Of a DNA stretch of 64,000 nt, positions 38,059 to 52,577 are shown piece by piece. The translations under genes and the position numbers were made by a program. The notes beneath the pieces were generated by a model. The model did not search any database, was not told where the DNA came from, and saw only the letters and a list, made by a program, of their open reading frames with translations. Each line of letters opens with the position of its first letter. Within the stretch, counting starts at the first letter, position 1. This DNA is from Proteromonas lacertae. Lineage: Eukaryota. Location of the stretch: contig NGBS01000004.1 in the NCBI GenBank assembly GCA_002245135.1, forward strand, positions 62,001-126,000. The letters run 5' to 3'.

Positions 38059-39861
38059 ATGGGTTTTATAATACTAGTCACTTCATCGAATCCAAAACAA
38101 GTATTTTTTATTTAGTAGCATCATAGGCTCGTTACTGCTTAAAAGAATTACAGCTTAGACAACAGATGGGTTTAATCGAAAAAGAAACAATGGTTTTAGC
38201 GGTACCTGATCCTGAAGGTGCTCGTATAGGAAGGTATCTTTTTTGAATATATATTATAGTGGTGGTGGAACTATAAACGCAATTCTTTATGCTGCTCAAT
38301 GGCTGTCGTTTCAAAAAGGTCTTCATACAATAGATGTTAATGCATTAGAAGGTCATACACTATTAATAATACACTCTGGAGGTGATTCTCAAAGATGTCC
38401 TACATTATCAGTTTGTGGTAAAGTATTTACTTAATATTGACTATTTACACTAATAGGCATGGTCTTTTTTCCCAAGTTTGTCAAAAATCAATTCTCTCAT
38501 TTCAAATGTAGATTTATTGATTAACACATTCCATGAAATTGTTAAAAAAGGAACACAAGGTGTATTCGTATTTTGTGGGGATGTTCTCGTAAAATTCGAC
38601 CCAACATACAATTACAAATGGAGAGATGATGGTATCACAGGTTTAAGCTTACCAGTGATGAAAAAGAAAGGCCCAGAGCATGGTGTATACCATGTAGATA
38701 ATAAAACCGGTGAATTATTAGGATATTACCAAAAAGCAAGTTTAAAAACATTAGAGGATATTGGAGCTGTATCAAAAAAGACTTACAATAATGTAGTTCA
38801 AGATTGCGTGTTATTAGATACAGGAGTTATATATATACCACCTAAAATATGTAATAAACTATTGACTTTATTTGTATTTATATTATATAATATTGTATAT
38901 AAATAGATGCAACCACCACTTTGTAATGCTACATTCATAGGAGTTGAACAAGGTAATTTAGCCCTTCGATTAGAACTCTTATTCTGACATATTGAATGCA
39001 ATTGGTGGTAATTTAGAGACTCATAATGAAGAAGATTATATGAAACTAAGTACTGAGTCATCTAATCCAACCTTACCTCAAGCTAGAAGGATATTATGGG
39101 ATACTTTGAAATATATACCATTCTACTGTAATTCCCCTGAAACTGGATCATTCTTTCACACTGGAACTACTAAAGAGTTTATTGATTTATTATATAATCC
39201 AATCTGCCGTGAGGAACATAACTTTCAATATAGATTATTATGTAAAATACCATATCTTGTGCCTAATATGAATATATCTGATAATTGCACAATAATGAAC
39301 TCGACAATAGACAATACTAATACTATTAATATAGGTGAGAAATCATTAATTGAACATTCTACTCTTCATGGTGATGTAAAGATAGGCACATCTTGTTGGG
39401 TTAGTGGTGTTAAGAATTTACCTTATATAACAATCCCTGATAATATGTGCATTCAAGAAATACCTATAAAATGTGAAAATGATAATAACCTAAAGTGTAT
39501 TTTTATTATATTTGGAATTAATGATAATATTAAAGGAACTTATAATAATTCCACTTCTACATTCTGTAATATTCAATGGAAGACGTTCTGTGAGAGATAT
39601 AATATTAGTTCTGATGATATATGGAAGAATGTACCTGAACATAAGTGGAATATATGGAATGCTAAATTATTCCCAATTCATCATGAAGAAAGTGATCTTA
39701 AGAAATGTATGTGGTTTACCCATGAGAAAGTCGATGCTGAAATTATTAGTGAGTGGAAGAAGATGAATAGACTGTCTATGAAAGAGATTTTGATGAATGC
39801 TAATAGTTTTTATGAGTCTGAATTTCGTTGGGGATTGATGCAAAAATTAGGAAGTAACTAA
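38059..39861 (+). CDS. fucose-1-phosphate guanylyltransferase / FKP N-terminal domain protein
   Basis: VPDPEGARIGSGGGT, IHSGGDSQRCP..GK, HGVY, FFHTGTTKE, IWNAKLFP; no GHMP kinase domain; frame break near 38980. Confidence 0.85.
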
Positions 39862-39971
39862 ATTATTATGTCTTTTTCAGAATATTTGTTTTAGTTTTTG
39901 TTTAAATCATTATTTATCAAAATAGATTTGCGAACCATCAATCAAATATATCGTAATTCTATTCTTTGAAA

Positions 39972-41304
39972 ATGTCATCAGAACAAGCTCCAAATCCTGA
40001 AGGACAAACTAATTTAAACACAAATACTAATTCTCCTGAATTGTCTCAGGAAGAAATTGAAGAACAAAAACATTTTAGTGAAGTATTTATTAATACATAT
40101 TATTATGACAGGTACAACAATCTTTTATTGATTATTACTATTATATGATGCAAGAATATGGAAGAAGAGCTCATGCCATAAGCATATTACCAAAAAGACA
40201 CTTGGAGCTATTTCCTCCTAATTATTTTCAAGAAAAATTAAGTAAATACAAGCAGTGTATTACAGAAAATACATCATTTTTGTCGTATAAGACATTAGAA
40301 ATAATTCATAATTAGGAATATAGTGTTTAGTGCTAGTGCATATTCAGGTCGTTATGGCTATCCTAATCAAAATGCACCAAGAGCATTAAGTAATATGAGA
40401 AATATGAACAAAGTTGTTTCAACATTACACCAATTTGTAAGAGATTGGTCAGTTGAAGGTCAAAAAGAAAGAGACGAAGTTTATAAACCAATAATAGATG
40501 CAGTACTAGAATTGGTACCAATAAAACCAAATATTAAAGTAGAAAATGAATCTGAAAAATCCATTAGAACTAGATCAACCAAGAGTATTATGTCCTGGAT
40601 CAGGATTGTGTAGATTACCATTTGAATTTGCAGCTAAAGGATATACATCACAAGTATCTATTATTAATTATATTTATATATATAATAGTGTAATGAATTT
40701 TCATATCAAATGTTATTAGCTGCAAATTATGTTCTAAATAAAATCGAAAAACATGATGAACATACTATCTATCCCTTTATTGATAATCCTAACAATATTT
40801 ATGGTACTGAAGATAATGTAAGGCCTGTAAAAATACCAGATGTTGCACCATCTGAAGTATTAACTACAGAATCAGATTTCTCAATGTGTGCTGGAGAATT
40901 CTTAGAAGTTTATAATGAATATGATAATTATTGGGATGTTGTTGCTAGTTGCTTCTTTCTAGACACTGCTCCTAATATTATTGAGTATTTAGAATGTATT
41001 TATAAAATATTAAAGCCTAATGGCTATTTGATTAATGTTGGACCATTATTATATCATTGGAGTAGTGATTTTGATTCAGTATATTTATTTATTATTTATT
41101 TTATTATTTTTACTATATGATTAGGATGCTGATATAAGATGTGAACAATCCATAGAATTGTCATATGAAGAATTAAAAGAGGTTATGAGTAAAATTGGAT
41201 TTAAAATTATTAAGGAAAATAGAATAGAAACTAGTTATACTGCTAATGAAAGATCTATGATGCATACAGTGTATAATGCTGTTTTTTTTGTTGCTCAAAA
41301 ATAA
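39972..41304 (+). CDS. CARNMT1: carnosine N-methyltransferase (N2227 family)
   Basis: STLHQFVRDWS, RVLCPGSGLCRL (after intron 40515-40542), CFFLDTA, INVGPLLYH, IELSYEE. Confidence 0.92.
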
Positions 41305-41388
41305 GATTTTGATGTGTTGTTTTTGTATTTTTTTTTATTTTTATTTCAAAAGAACTAAACAAATCAATAACAACAACGAAATTACATT

Positions 41389-42819
41389 CTACTTAGATAG
41401 ATCTTCAATATCCTCACTTTCTAAATATTTCTTTTCTTTAGAATATCCACTTGCTACTCCACTCAATCCTTGTTTAACATCAGGAATTACATCTTTATTA
41501 TAATCAATATCTAAACCATGATATTGTTTCTCTTCAAATTTCTCAATAGCATAACTATTCAATACATCTTTAGATAATGTTTTATCAATTGAAATAATTT
41601 CTGAAGATTCCTCAGATAGTTGTTCATTTTCATCATCATTACACGATTCTGGAAGTGGTAATTCTAACAAATCATCAATATCAATTATATAATTACTATT
41701 CCATTCAATTTCACTATCAAAAGCAACAAATAATTCATATGGAGTGCAGATTGGATAAGGAAATTCATCAAAATGTAATAAAATAGACAATGGAGATCCA
41801 CAAACAATAAAACAATCAATTATTCCAAAATTCAATAATTTACATTCATTTACTTTACTCATTGTTATTACATAAAATTGTTTTTCAACACTCTTTATTA
41901 ATTTTTTCATTTTATCTAACAATAATGACATTTTATCTATTCCAATATCCACTACCAACAAACAAATGCATTTTGCATTTTTTATTTTCTCTATATTAAT
42001 ATATCTCTTGTTTAATTCTTTATATAAATTGGAGATTTGATTTACTTTTTCTTTTTCAGTATCATACCATATTAAATCATTCAAGTGAGCGTATTTTAGT
42101 TTTATTATATCTAAAAACTTGTTATTATTTCCTACATAAATCACTTTTTCTATTTCTTCATTCTGTTGTTTTAAAGGTATTATTTTTCCACTCACTTTTA
42201 TATTATCTAATACAGGAGGAGAAGTAGTTTTATTGTAATATCTAATATCTATTTGATGTTGTAATTTCGGAAAAAATATTTTTAGTTTTTCATATAATTC
42301 TTCAATGTATGGAGTATAAATTGGTTCAGACAATAATACAATTCGACTTTCTTTTTCTTTTAATATTGATTCTATTTCATTGATACATTTGTCAACATCA
42401 AGATGAGGTTTTCCATACAACCATAATGTTGGAATATGATAATTACAACTATATATAGATAATTAGTAAGATTATACTAACCACACGTATTTCCATAATG
42501 AATTATTAGATCAGGATTTATATGTTCAATTGTTACAACATCTAAGCAATAATCACTGTATGATGAATCGCCTAAACAACAAAATCTAATTCTACTATCA
42601 TTTATTTCTTTCTAAATATATATATATATGGTTTCAAATTAATACATTTAACATGGCTGATACTTTATAAGCATATTTTAATAGACAGTCAGGGAATTGA
42701 ACAGCGATCTATTTAAATATCACAGTAATATATACATTCTTATAGCCACCACCATTAACATTGTTTTTTATTGTTAATATTCCGAAATAATCGTATATTT
42801 CTTCATCATTCAATTCCAT
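41389..42819 (-). CDS. DPH2: diphthamide biosynthesis protein 2
   Basis: IAVQFPD, GDSSYSDYCLD, IIHYGNTC, PICTPYEL, terminal QGLSGVASGY. Confidence 0.88.
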
Positions 42820-42935
42820 TTTCAAAATGAAACGGGTATATTATTGAATTTTATCAAAAATTATAGCCGTTAGAAATAAAAAAAATGGTTTTTATCATCA
42901 TATAGACATATATACCAGAAAAATAATATATTTTG

Positions 42936-45900
42936 TTATTCAATGTTAAAAAATTCTTTTGATAGTTCTTTCTTTTCTTCTTTAGTAATTCCATCTAGTT
43001 TTATTGTTTCAATTGTTGATAAAGTGTCTAAAAATATTTTTAATTCTAATTTATCTATATTTTCTTTAACAGTTATTGATAACTCTATTAAACAATCAAA
43101 CACTTCTTTGCTTTCTTTCATTAATCTCAATTCACTTTCATTTAATTCATTTCCTGATATATCAATTTTTTCTAATGGTTCATAATCTCTTAATCTTTCT
43201 ATTAACATTTTTAATCCCTTTTCACTCATTCCAATATCTATTAAGAGTATATTATATATAATACTTGGTAAATATAAAAATGTAGCCAAAGATAAAAATT
43301 TATCTAAATATTTGCATATTATCTCTATTCCTTTATCTCCAATTGGATTATCGAATATTGAAATATGTTCTACATTTTTTGGTAAAGAATCCGTTAATTC
43401 TTTTAATCCTTTATGACTTATTTTATTGATAGATAAATCAAGATATCGATAATCAATCTGCTTCATCAATGAAATGTGAGTATCATTGATATTCATATCT
43501 ATTTCATTAAAATTATAGAATTTATACCTGAAAGACCATAATAATATCTATGCTTTTTAATACAATAATTCAAATAACATTCTAATTCTTCATTATTCCA
43601 TGATGAATTTTTCATTTCTATAAATGGATGTTCTTCATATTTCAATGATTTTGAACAAATTGATTTTAATCCATTCATTCTGATATTATTTCCTTCTAAA
43701 TTTATTTTATTACATTTTTTAAACAAACCAATTTTGTTGGTTAATAAAACTACACTTTCATCATCTATTCCTATATTACTTAAATCAATTTTTTCAAGGT
43801 AATCGACTAACATGTTTAAGTTGTTCAGCAATAAATTAAAACCAGTATTACCAATTGGATTACCTATTAAATAAAATAGACTTAATAGAATATACTATTA
43901 ATGAATAACTTTTCAATATTATCATTGTTCTTCATATAATTCATTAAACATTCTACTCCATCTAAATCAATTCTATTATCACTAATATCAACTTCAATCT
44001 TTCCACTAACATTCTTTAAACCATCCACTAAATATTCTAATCCAATAGAAGATAATCCCATATCTATTAGATATTAATATCATTTTATATTTACTATACT
44101 TGAACAATTAATTTCATTATAATAATCTTTTAACAAATGCAAATAAGGAGATAATAATTTCATTCCTTCATCTCCTATTTCATTTCCTTGTAATTCAAGA
44201 TGTTCAAGATTTGGAAATGAAGACAAATTGTTTATAAGTATTTCTATACTTTTATATGTTAGTTTATTATCTAAGAAATAGTAAAATATCTAATTATACT
44301 ACTCAAATCTAATGCCTTTATTTCTTTCATTTCATTTGATCTTAATTCAATGAATGATTTAAAGAAATCACCATTAATTTTTAAATCACTCAGATTTAAT
44401 CCATATCTTATATCTGTGATATGTTTGATAACTTCTGGTATGTCTTTATCAATCAATAATTCTATATTTCCATTAAAAATAAAATCTATTTTTGAAATAG
44501 GAAATTTTGAGAATAATGCTTTTAATCCTTCTGAATGAATAGCATTATTCCATTTAATATTTATTTTTTGAAGATTTGGATATTTATATAATTCTTCTGA
44601 TAATAATATCATTGATTCATCATTTAAATTCATTCCAGAAAGATTCAATTCATTTTTGTTGTAGATTAATAAATACAAATATGGAAGTAAAAATTTGAAT
44701 CCTTTTGGACCAATTGGATTATCTATTTCAGAATAACATTAAAAATGATTTATATATACATTGGAGATCTACATATTCTAATTTCATCAATGGAATTGAT
44801 TTAACAAATGATTCAACGAAATAAGAAGTAAAATTACATCCTGATAAGTGTAATTCATGTATATTCGATAACTGATTAAAACATGATCCAAATAATGATT
44901 GATACTGAATTGGAATATTAATATTATCTAACTACATAAAAACTATTAAAAACTATACCAAATCTGAGTTTTGTTGGATTGATTAATTTCGATATTCTGA
45001 AGAAATAATCAATTCCATTTTCACAAAAACAAAAACATTTTGAACCAACATATATTCTGCTACTGTCACAAAAACTATTAAGATTAAATATCATTTCATC
45101 TAAATAACATTCTTTTCCTTCTTTACTTTTATGCAATATATGAAATTTCATTCTACCATGTAAAGAAAATTCTTCTTTCAATAATTTCATCATTAATAAT
45201 ATCGATAGAACTCTTTCATTTGGTTTATTATTGTATGATTCTATTAAACTATCTCTACTTTCTTTCCATTTATCATCCTTGAGATAATAATCTGATGGAA
45301 ATATTATTGGAAATGAAATAATTATATCATTATCTGCATTGTATAATATCTCTTTTCTTTCTTTACACGTCATTATACTATTATCTTCATCTCTCACCAT
45401 CTCACTCATTTTTATCATCTCTTTTTTCAACTCTTTTAAACTCAATCTATCTTTATTTTTAACTACAAACATTCTTTCTATCATCTCTTTCATCACATCA
45501 TCACAATTTACATCAATACTGTATTTACATCTCAGAATGTTCTCTTTAGTCTTATAAATATTATTATCTTCTGAAAATGGTAATTTCTTAAACATCATTT
45601 CATATAATATACATCCAATTGACCAAATTACACTTCTCTCATTATCATTCTAATCCATTCAATTTTTCAGGGCTTTTAAAGGATATATCATATATTTTTA
45701 GATCTTCTTCTTTTCTTAATAAATTCAACAATAAATCACATATCTTTATACTATTGTCATTCTCAATTATTATGTTTGAACTTTTCAAATCATCAATCGC
45801 TGCATTATATTCACTTAATATCATTAATACATCATAAATTGAACATATCATATTACAAACATCACTTTTTGACAACGATTTTCTTTTAATTATCTCTTCT

Positions 45901-46217
45901 AAATCTATCATGTAATATTCTCGTTCCAATAGTATATATTTACTATCATTACTCAACTGATACACTTTAGAAGGATAGATGAAGGATGTACAACAATCTG
46001 AAAGCAAGGAGTTAATATCTAAGAATTTTAAAATCATCTTTTCTTTTATTTCAGCAACACTGAAGATTTTCAATTTCTTAATGTCATCTTCATGTTGCAC
46101 AACTAAATCTACTTCATTAACACTCTCTTTTATCTATAAAAAATAAATTAGCAACAATACTTCAATTCCATAGGGTAGTATTGATTGTAACACATCATCT
46201 AGAGAATTATTCAGCAT
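42936..46217 (-). CDS. degenerate kinase-like domain fused to RI-type leucine-rich repeats
   Basis: DDLKSSNIII..KICDL..KSPE followed by repeated LxLSxNxIxxxG units over several exons. Confidence 0.7.
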
Positions 46218-46305
46218 TTTTATATTCTAATATGAAAATAGAGTCGTTTCTGTTATTTTTTCCTAACAAAAACAAACAATTTCAATAATTTATTATTAGT
46301 ATTTA

Positions 46306-47713
46306 TTATTCCACTTTTGTTCCATAATCATCTCGATATTTCTCTTGACGAGCCATTTGAGCAAGATCAACAGAAGGATGAACAGAGTTTATTGAACCAA
46401 CGAAATCTTCATTCGTTATTGGAGTGTTGATAAGAATATCTTCAACTCCTGGATCATTCTTTATATCGTCGATTGAATGAGTTTGACGATATTTTCTTAA
46501 CGGACATAAGGAAGCAGTACGGCATACATTATTTATATCAGCTCCACTATATAGTTCAGTTTTATTTACTAATTCTTCAAACGACACATCATCATCTAAT
46601 ACCAAATCTTTTGTAAATAAATGAAATAATGCCTCTCGACCTTCTTTACCAGGTAATGGAATATATAACCTCTTTGTAAATCGACGAATTATTGCATCAT
46701 CTAACGTCCAAGGACAATTTGTAGCTGCAATTACAGTAACATGGTATTTTTCACCTTTTTCATCATATGCCTTCATTCCTTCCATTTCCTGTAATAATTG
46801 ACTTATTACACCTGCACTATGTCCAACATTACCATCTCGAGATGGAACTAAAGATTCAATTTCATCCATAAATATAACAGAAGGACTTTTCTCTCTAGCT
46901 ATTTTGAATAATGTCTTTACTAATTTTTCACTATCTCCATGCCATTTAGAAGCAATTGTACTTGGGGGAATATTGAAAAAGGTTGAATTACATTCAGTTG
47001 CTACTGCTTTAGCTAACATTGTTTTACCAGTTCCAGGAGGGCCAAAAAAGAGAAAATTATTTTGAACTCCTTTATAGAAATTGGGATATAGTAATGGATT
47101 AATTAAAGCATCATTTAATGCATTCTTTACATCTTCTAATTCAGCTATATCGTTAAAATGAGTATTTACACCTTCTACTATACATCCCTCAATTGCTGTT
47201 TTATATTGATCATCTTCAGATGGTTTTTTATCTTTGTCTTTACCATCTTTTCCATCTTTCTTGGAAGATGGAGCTGGTGCACGACTGTTTCGACTTGGTT
47301 GATTTCTTACTGGACGACTGTCATAATCGTTAGGTCTTGGACTACGTTTTACTCTTCTATCATCTCTATAATCATCTCTTCGATCTTTAGGAGTTGGAGC
47401 TGATGGTACTGGTGATGGTGCAGCTGGTAATACACTTACTGGATCTTTATATTGATTTAACTTAGATATTATTGTTTTCACTATTTCGTTTTCTTCTGTT
47501 AACGTTGACAATATCTATAGATAAAAATATTATTTATACAATTTGTAGGTCATTTAAATTAGCTTGTGCCATGCCAGTGCTAATAGTTCTGTTTATAAAA
47601 GAAATTGTCTCTTCATATTTAGTTTTAGCCATAGAATAGTTTCCAATAACTGATTGTTCTCTAGCTATTTTCATTTTGTCTGTTAGTATTCTATAGAAGT
47701 CTTTATCAGCCAT
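46306..47713 (-). CDS. KATNA1: katanin p60 microtubule-severing AAA ATPase
   Basis: N-terminal AREQSVIGNYS MIT-like segment; FGPPGTGKT, TFFNI, SKWHGDSEKLV, AATNCPW. Confidence 0.88.
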
Positions 47714-47811
47714 TATTTTTCAAAAATTAAAACTTAAAATCAAACCTGTTTGAGTTTAGAAATTCGTTTTATCTGATATTTGCTAATCTGATATAGTTAT
47801 AAACATACAAA

Positions 47812-49866
47812 ATGGCAAATTTGGAAGAAAAACTGTCAAAAATATCACCATCAGCTCAATTAGTGTCAGTTGTACTACTTGATAATAACGGTAATGAAAC
47901 TGCGAGAAGAAAAATAGCTAGACATAATATGACAAAAGAATACTTGAAGAAAATATTTAATGTTGATGTATTTTTATCTATATAATTAATTTCTATAATA
48001 GGTTGGGTTTTTGTTTGATAAAAATAGTTGTATCTTATATCCAAAAGAATGGGCATATGAATGTATATTGAATCCACAAGAGTATAATTAATCCTTTTAA
48101 TTTCTAGTTTTTACATTGGAAGGAAGGTTGGTATCGATGTAATAGATGATAAAGAAGATATAGATTACATTGGTGATACAGCATGTATGATAGAGAATGT
48201 AAATTCAGAGATAAAAGAAACTGAAATACTCTACTGGCTACAAGAATTATTCTTAACAGTTCGGGATGATTTCAATGAACTATTTACAATGCTATGCAAT
48301 ATAAAAGCAGATTTACAAAATACAGAGTTAGAATATGGTAATATGACAGTAAATCAGATAGGATCAAAAGGAAAAGAAGATGCTAATACATCTACAAAAA
48401 ATAAAATTAAAAAATTAAAAAGTCAATATGATGAAATATTAAAGAAACTTGATGATATAAGAGAGATGAATTTAAATAATATTCAATTTGATATAAAATT
48501 AATAGAAACTACAGATGGTTTATCAAAATATTTCCTACAGATTGACCCAATTTATGATGAAATGTTATTGAAATTATTAAACAAACCTGATTTGAGTCAA
48601 ACTCATTTATTAAAACAAACACAAGGAAATAATGGTAATAATGTAACTTATAAGACATTTACAGGTGATATACCAATAGATATGAATGGTACAGAAATTG
48701 ATATGAAATATATAAGAATAGTAAGACGAAAACATGGTCAAGGTGTTTATTATTATGTAAATACTAATGATATTTATACAGGACAATGGAATGAAGGATA
48801 TGCTGAAGGATATGGTGAGATTGATACAGTAGTTGGTGGTTATAAAGGTAAAATGAAACATGGACAAAGGCGTGGTAAAGGATATGATCAATTAGCTAAT
48901 GGTGATAGAATTGATTCTATTTATGGGTTAAGAAATAATATTGAGAAAGAATATGATCCAATGAATAACCCAATATTTTCATTAATTGAAAGTGAAGAAT
49001 TTATAGATGGTTTACCACAAGTATAATAATAGTTATTATTCATATTTGATTGTAAATAGAATGAATCTTCAATCAAATTTGCTGATGGATCTACATATGA
49101 TGGAAATGTATATATTATTATTATTATTATTATTATTTAATTTATATTATTTTGATAGTTAATTGATTCAATGATCAATGGTAAAGGTAAATATGTAAAT
49201 GCATTAAAAGAAGAATATGAAGGTGAATTTGAAGATGGTTTTCTAATAGGAAAAGGTAAAATGACAGATATGGATGGGAATGAATATAGTGGTGTATTTG
49301 AATATGATTCACTAACTAATGATTGTGTAATAAACTATAGTAATGGTGATAAATATGTTGGTTTAATGGAATATAATATGAAATCTGGTTATGGAAAATA
49401 TATTTATAATGATATAAAAACAACAGATAATGATAAAGATAATGATGAATACAAGTGTTATTATAGAGGTCAATATATTAATAATAAAAGACATGGCAGA
49501 GGTATATTGAAATATAAAGCTAATGTTGATGGTATTGATAAAGTATTTATATATGAAGGATCTTGGTCAAATGGCTTACCAACTTATGGTACTTATACTG
49601 ATGTAGAACATCCTAATATCATGTCTATTATTCCTAATGAAATATTGCCTGAAATACCAGCTGAGTATGTTAATGAACAAAATGGTGAGACAATTAGTGA
49701 TAAACTACAGAAATATGATGCATATAGAGATAGATTGAGAAATACAGTTACAAGAAATACGATACAATATAACCGTGTAAGAGAGAAGACTATTCAAGAT
49801 ATTATAAGATTAAGAAAACCAAGAAAAGCAATCAAATCACAAGTTTCTAATGCTAAAACAAAATAG
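47812..49866 (+). CDS. MORN-repeat protein with coiled coil
   Basis: repeated YxGxW/FxxGxxxGxG units in ORFs 48187-49026 and 49171-49866. Confidence 0.85.
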
Positions 49867-49994
49867 ACGAATTTATTTATTTATTTAAATCTAATTTAAT
49901 GCAACTGTTGTTATTTTAGAGATATTTCAACAAAAACAATATAACAAACAAATTAACTATTATATTATATACACACTAAAAGACATTCATTTTA

Positions 49995-50234
49995 CTAGTA
50001 TATAGGAGGCAGAGTCCTATCATATATAACAATTTTCGGAGGATTAATAACTATTAATTATAAACATGAAATATTAAAAATATATACAAATATTACTTTT
50101 ATTTGATATATTTGTAACCTTACGGTTCTCAAAATGACTGTTATTTACAGTAACACTTCCAGAGGAAACTGAATTTTCTACAAATAATACAAAATTTCTA
50201 TACCAGGAGATATAGATGCTGACCTTTTTTTCAT
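49995..50234 (-). CDS. 58-aa spliced microprotein (introns 50178-50203 and 50051-50087)
   Basis: two canonical GTAT..TAG introns keep frame: MKKRSASISPENSVSSG...KIVIYDRTLPPIY; upstream TCAAGCC and downstream TGTTTGTT. Confidence 0.6.
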
Positions 50235-50680
50235 GAACGTCTGAAAAGAAGAAAAATGATCTGCCAGTTTTTTTTTCACTCAAGCCAAGTATTTTTTAAA
50301 TTTTTGTTTAGAAAAAAAATGTAAATACAATTGATTTTATTGTAAAAATACTTTCCTTGGTAGTATCTCTTTCAAATTATTTATGAAGACGGGAAAAATT
50401 TAAAATACACGACCAATTTGTAAAGTATTCTTTGTATTGTGTAGTTTAGAAAAGTAATAGAAAAAATTTGATTAAAATAGACTAAATTTGTGTATATAAT
50501 ATAATGTGATAGTTAAGCTTAAATAATCTGTATTCTTGATAGTTATATTTATTAATCCTATATTTTCTAAATAACATAAGCAATTTCATGTAAAATATTG
50601 TAACATGGTATTAATATGAGCTATAATGATTGTTTCAACATTGTTCAAAAAATATATTCGTTATTGATTTGAAAAGAAAG

Positions 50681-51992
50681 ATGTTTTGCAGATCGTCTAA
50701 GTACTATGAATGTATCTACTCTTCGCTTTCCATTGTATCTTTTGTAAATAATGTATTCATAGATTTTTGATTTAATATTGGTTATATTAGTCTATTTCCA
50801 AAATGAAGTAACCAACTACCGTATAATTGATATTTCATTTGTAGCTTATGTCATGGTATCTCAAGTGTCTAGAGAAATATTTTATTCAATACCAATTCGT
50901 AGTTACTGTGTTAATAATTGGTTTAGTTTTATTGAAATACCTGCCAAATTACATTAGATACATATTAGGATTTCTTTGTATTGCAGTCGCGTTTTTTTAT
51001 TTTATTACTACTTTAAATGCAATTAAAGGAAGTAATGGCTTTGAATATTGTTGTAATGCAAATACTACAACAATAGATGGTAAAATTACAACCAATTATA
51101 CTATTGCTAGTGACTGTAAGTTTATGTATGATGATGTAAATGTATGTACAAGTAAAGATGCTTTTAATCACATTTATAATAAAGATTATGACATGATATT
51201 AGTATTATTTCATCTTGCAGCTTTCGTTTTTTCATACATTAGTGTATTAATAATACCTAAAAAGATTGTAGTAAAACAGGAGCAAACAGTTAAAACAAAA
51301 GAAGAGAAAGAAAAAGAAGATCTAATCCTTCACAAACATATTGAAGAAAAGAAAATCAAATATTATTCATTCATTGGTTTACAGTTTTTATCTGTATTCA
51401 TTGCATTTGGAGGTGAAGTATATTTATATATTTTGAAGAATTCAACTGGTTATCATTTAATATCTAATTCATTATTAGCAATTTATGTTGTTTATACAAT
51501 TTATCTATTCTTTATGACAATGATTAATACATTCTGTACATCCTGGAATTGTTTAGAAGGAATTGATATTTTGATATATATTGTAGTTATTATTGATCTG
51601 ATCATATGTTCTGGTGATAATTTAATGAATTTTAAAGATACTTATAACAGTTGTTGTTTGAATTCTCAATCATTAATAAATGATGAAAAAGTATATATTT
51701 TACATTTATTAATATTATATAATATATAATTAGTGTAAATTTCTTTCTGTTGATGATTGTTCATCATATTTGGCATTTGTAAACGATAGTAAATCATATA
51801 TGACAATTCCAGTAGTTATTACATTTATCGGTTTGATTGGTTCTAGTTTAGTATTTACTGTATAAATATATATATTATATTGATATATATTTGATGAAAT
51901 AGTTGTTGAGCTATGTGAATTATGTACAGCTAAATAATTATCAAGGAATTAATGGGAAAAAATACAAAATATTAAACGAAAACGAATTATAG
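50681..51992 (+). CDS. multi-pass membrane protein with two Cys-rich loops
   Basis: hydrophobic ORF 50848-51729 extended by short introns; CC..CKF..C motif occurs twice. Confidence 0.65.
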
Positions 51993-52517
51993 TTCAGTTA
52001 TTAATTGTTTATTATTGTTTTCATTGTTTTCTTCTTCTTCATTATCTTCATCCTCTTCCTCTTCTTCACCTTCATCACCAAGTTCAGTCAATGCGAATTC
52101 CATTTCAATATGCGGTTCATCTCTTTCTTCCTCTTCTTTCCATTCTATTTGAACTTCTTCGGGTGGTTTTTCTGCTAATTTTTTATTCTCTTCTTCTAAA
52201 ATTGGTAAAAATGATTTAATTTTATCTAATACAGAACTAACTGGTTTATTTTCTCCTATTTTACTTCGCAATTCTATATACTACATAAATTAACAAAATA
52301 CTTCGTTTCTTATTTGAAATAAATCAAAGAATGTCCTTTTGGAAGATTTGTGTTTAAAATATTATTTAAATTATTACTATTTGACTGTTCTTGAAGATTA
52401 TCATTCTCAATAAATTCTTCATCATCGCTATCGTTAATGCATTCTATTTCTATATTTGTTGTAGTTATATATAATGAAAATACTCTTCCTCTTTTGGGGC
52501 TTGTTCTTGAAAGACAT
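51987..52517 (-). CDS. NOPCHAP1/DUF4598-like acidic protein
   Basis: SSVLDKIKSFLPILEEENKKL...HIEMEFAL; 5' exons inferred; unresolved frame break near 52320. Confidence 0.65.
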
Positions 52518-52577
52518 GAAGAAAAAGAAATAGAATCAAACTGTTTCTCAAGCTTTTTTCTGTTTTTATTAATATCT

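Noticed and set aside
40540..40613. Apparent frameshift in CARNMT1
   Set aside because: A 28-nt intron at 40515-40542 restores the frame
49990..50290. Structured ncRNA (RNase P/MRP or U3) suggested by several hairpins and a GTAA tetraloop
   Set aside because: No convincing conserved boxes; a clean three-exon ORF explains the region better
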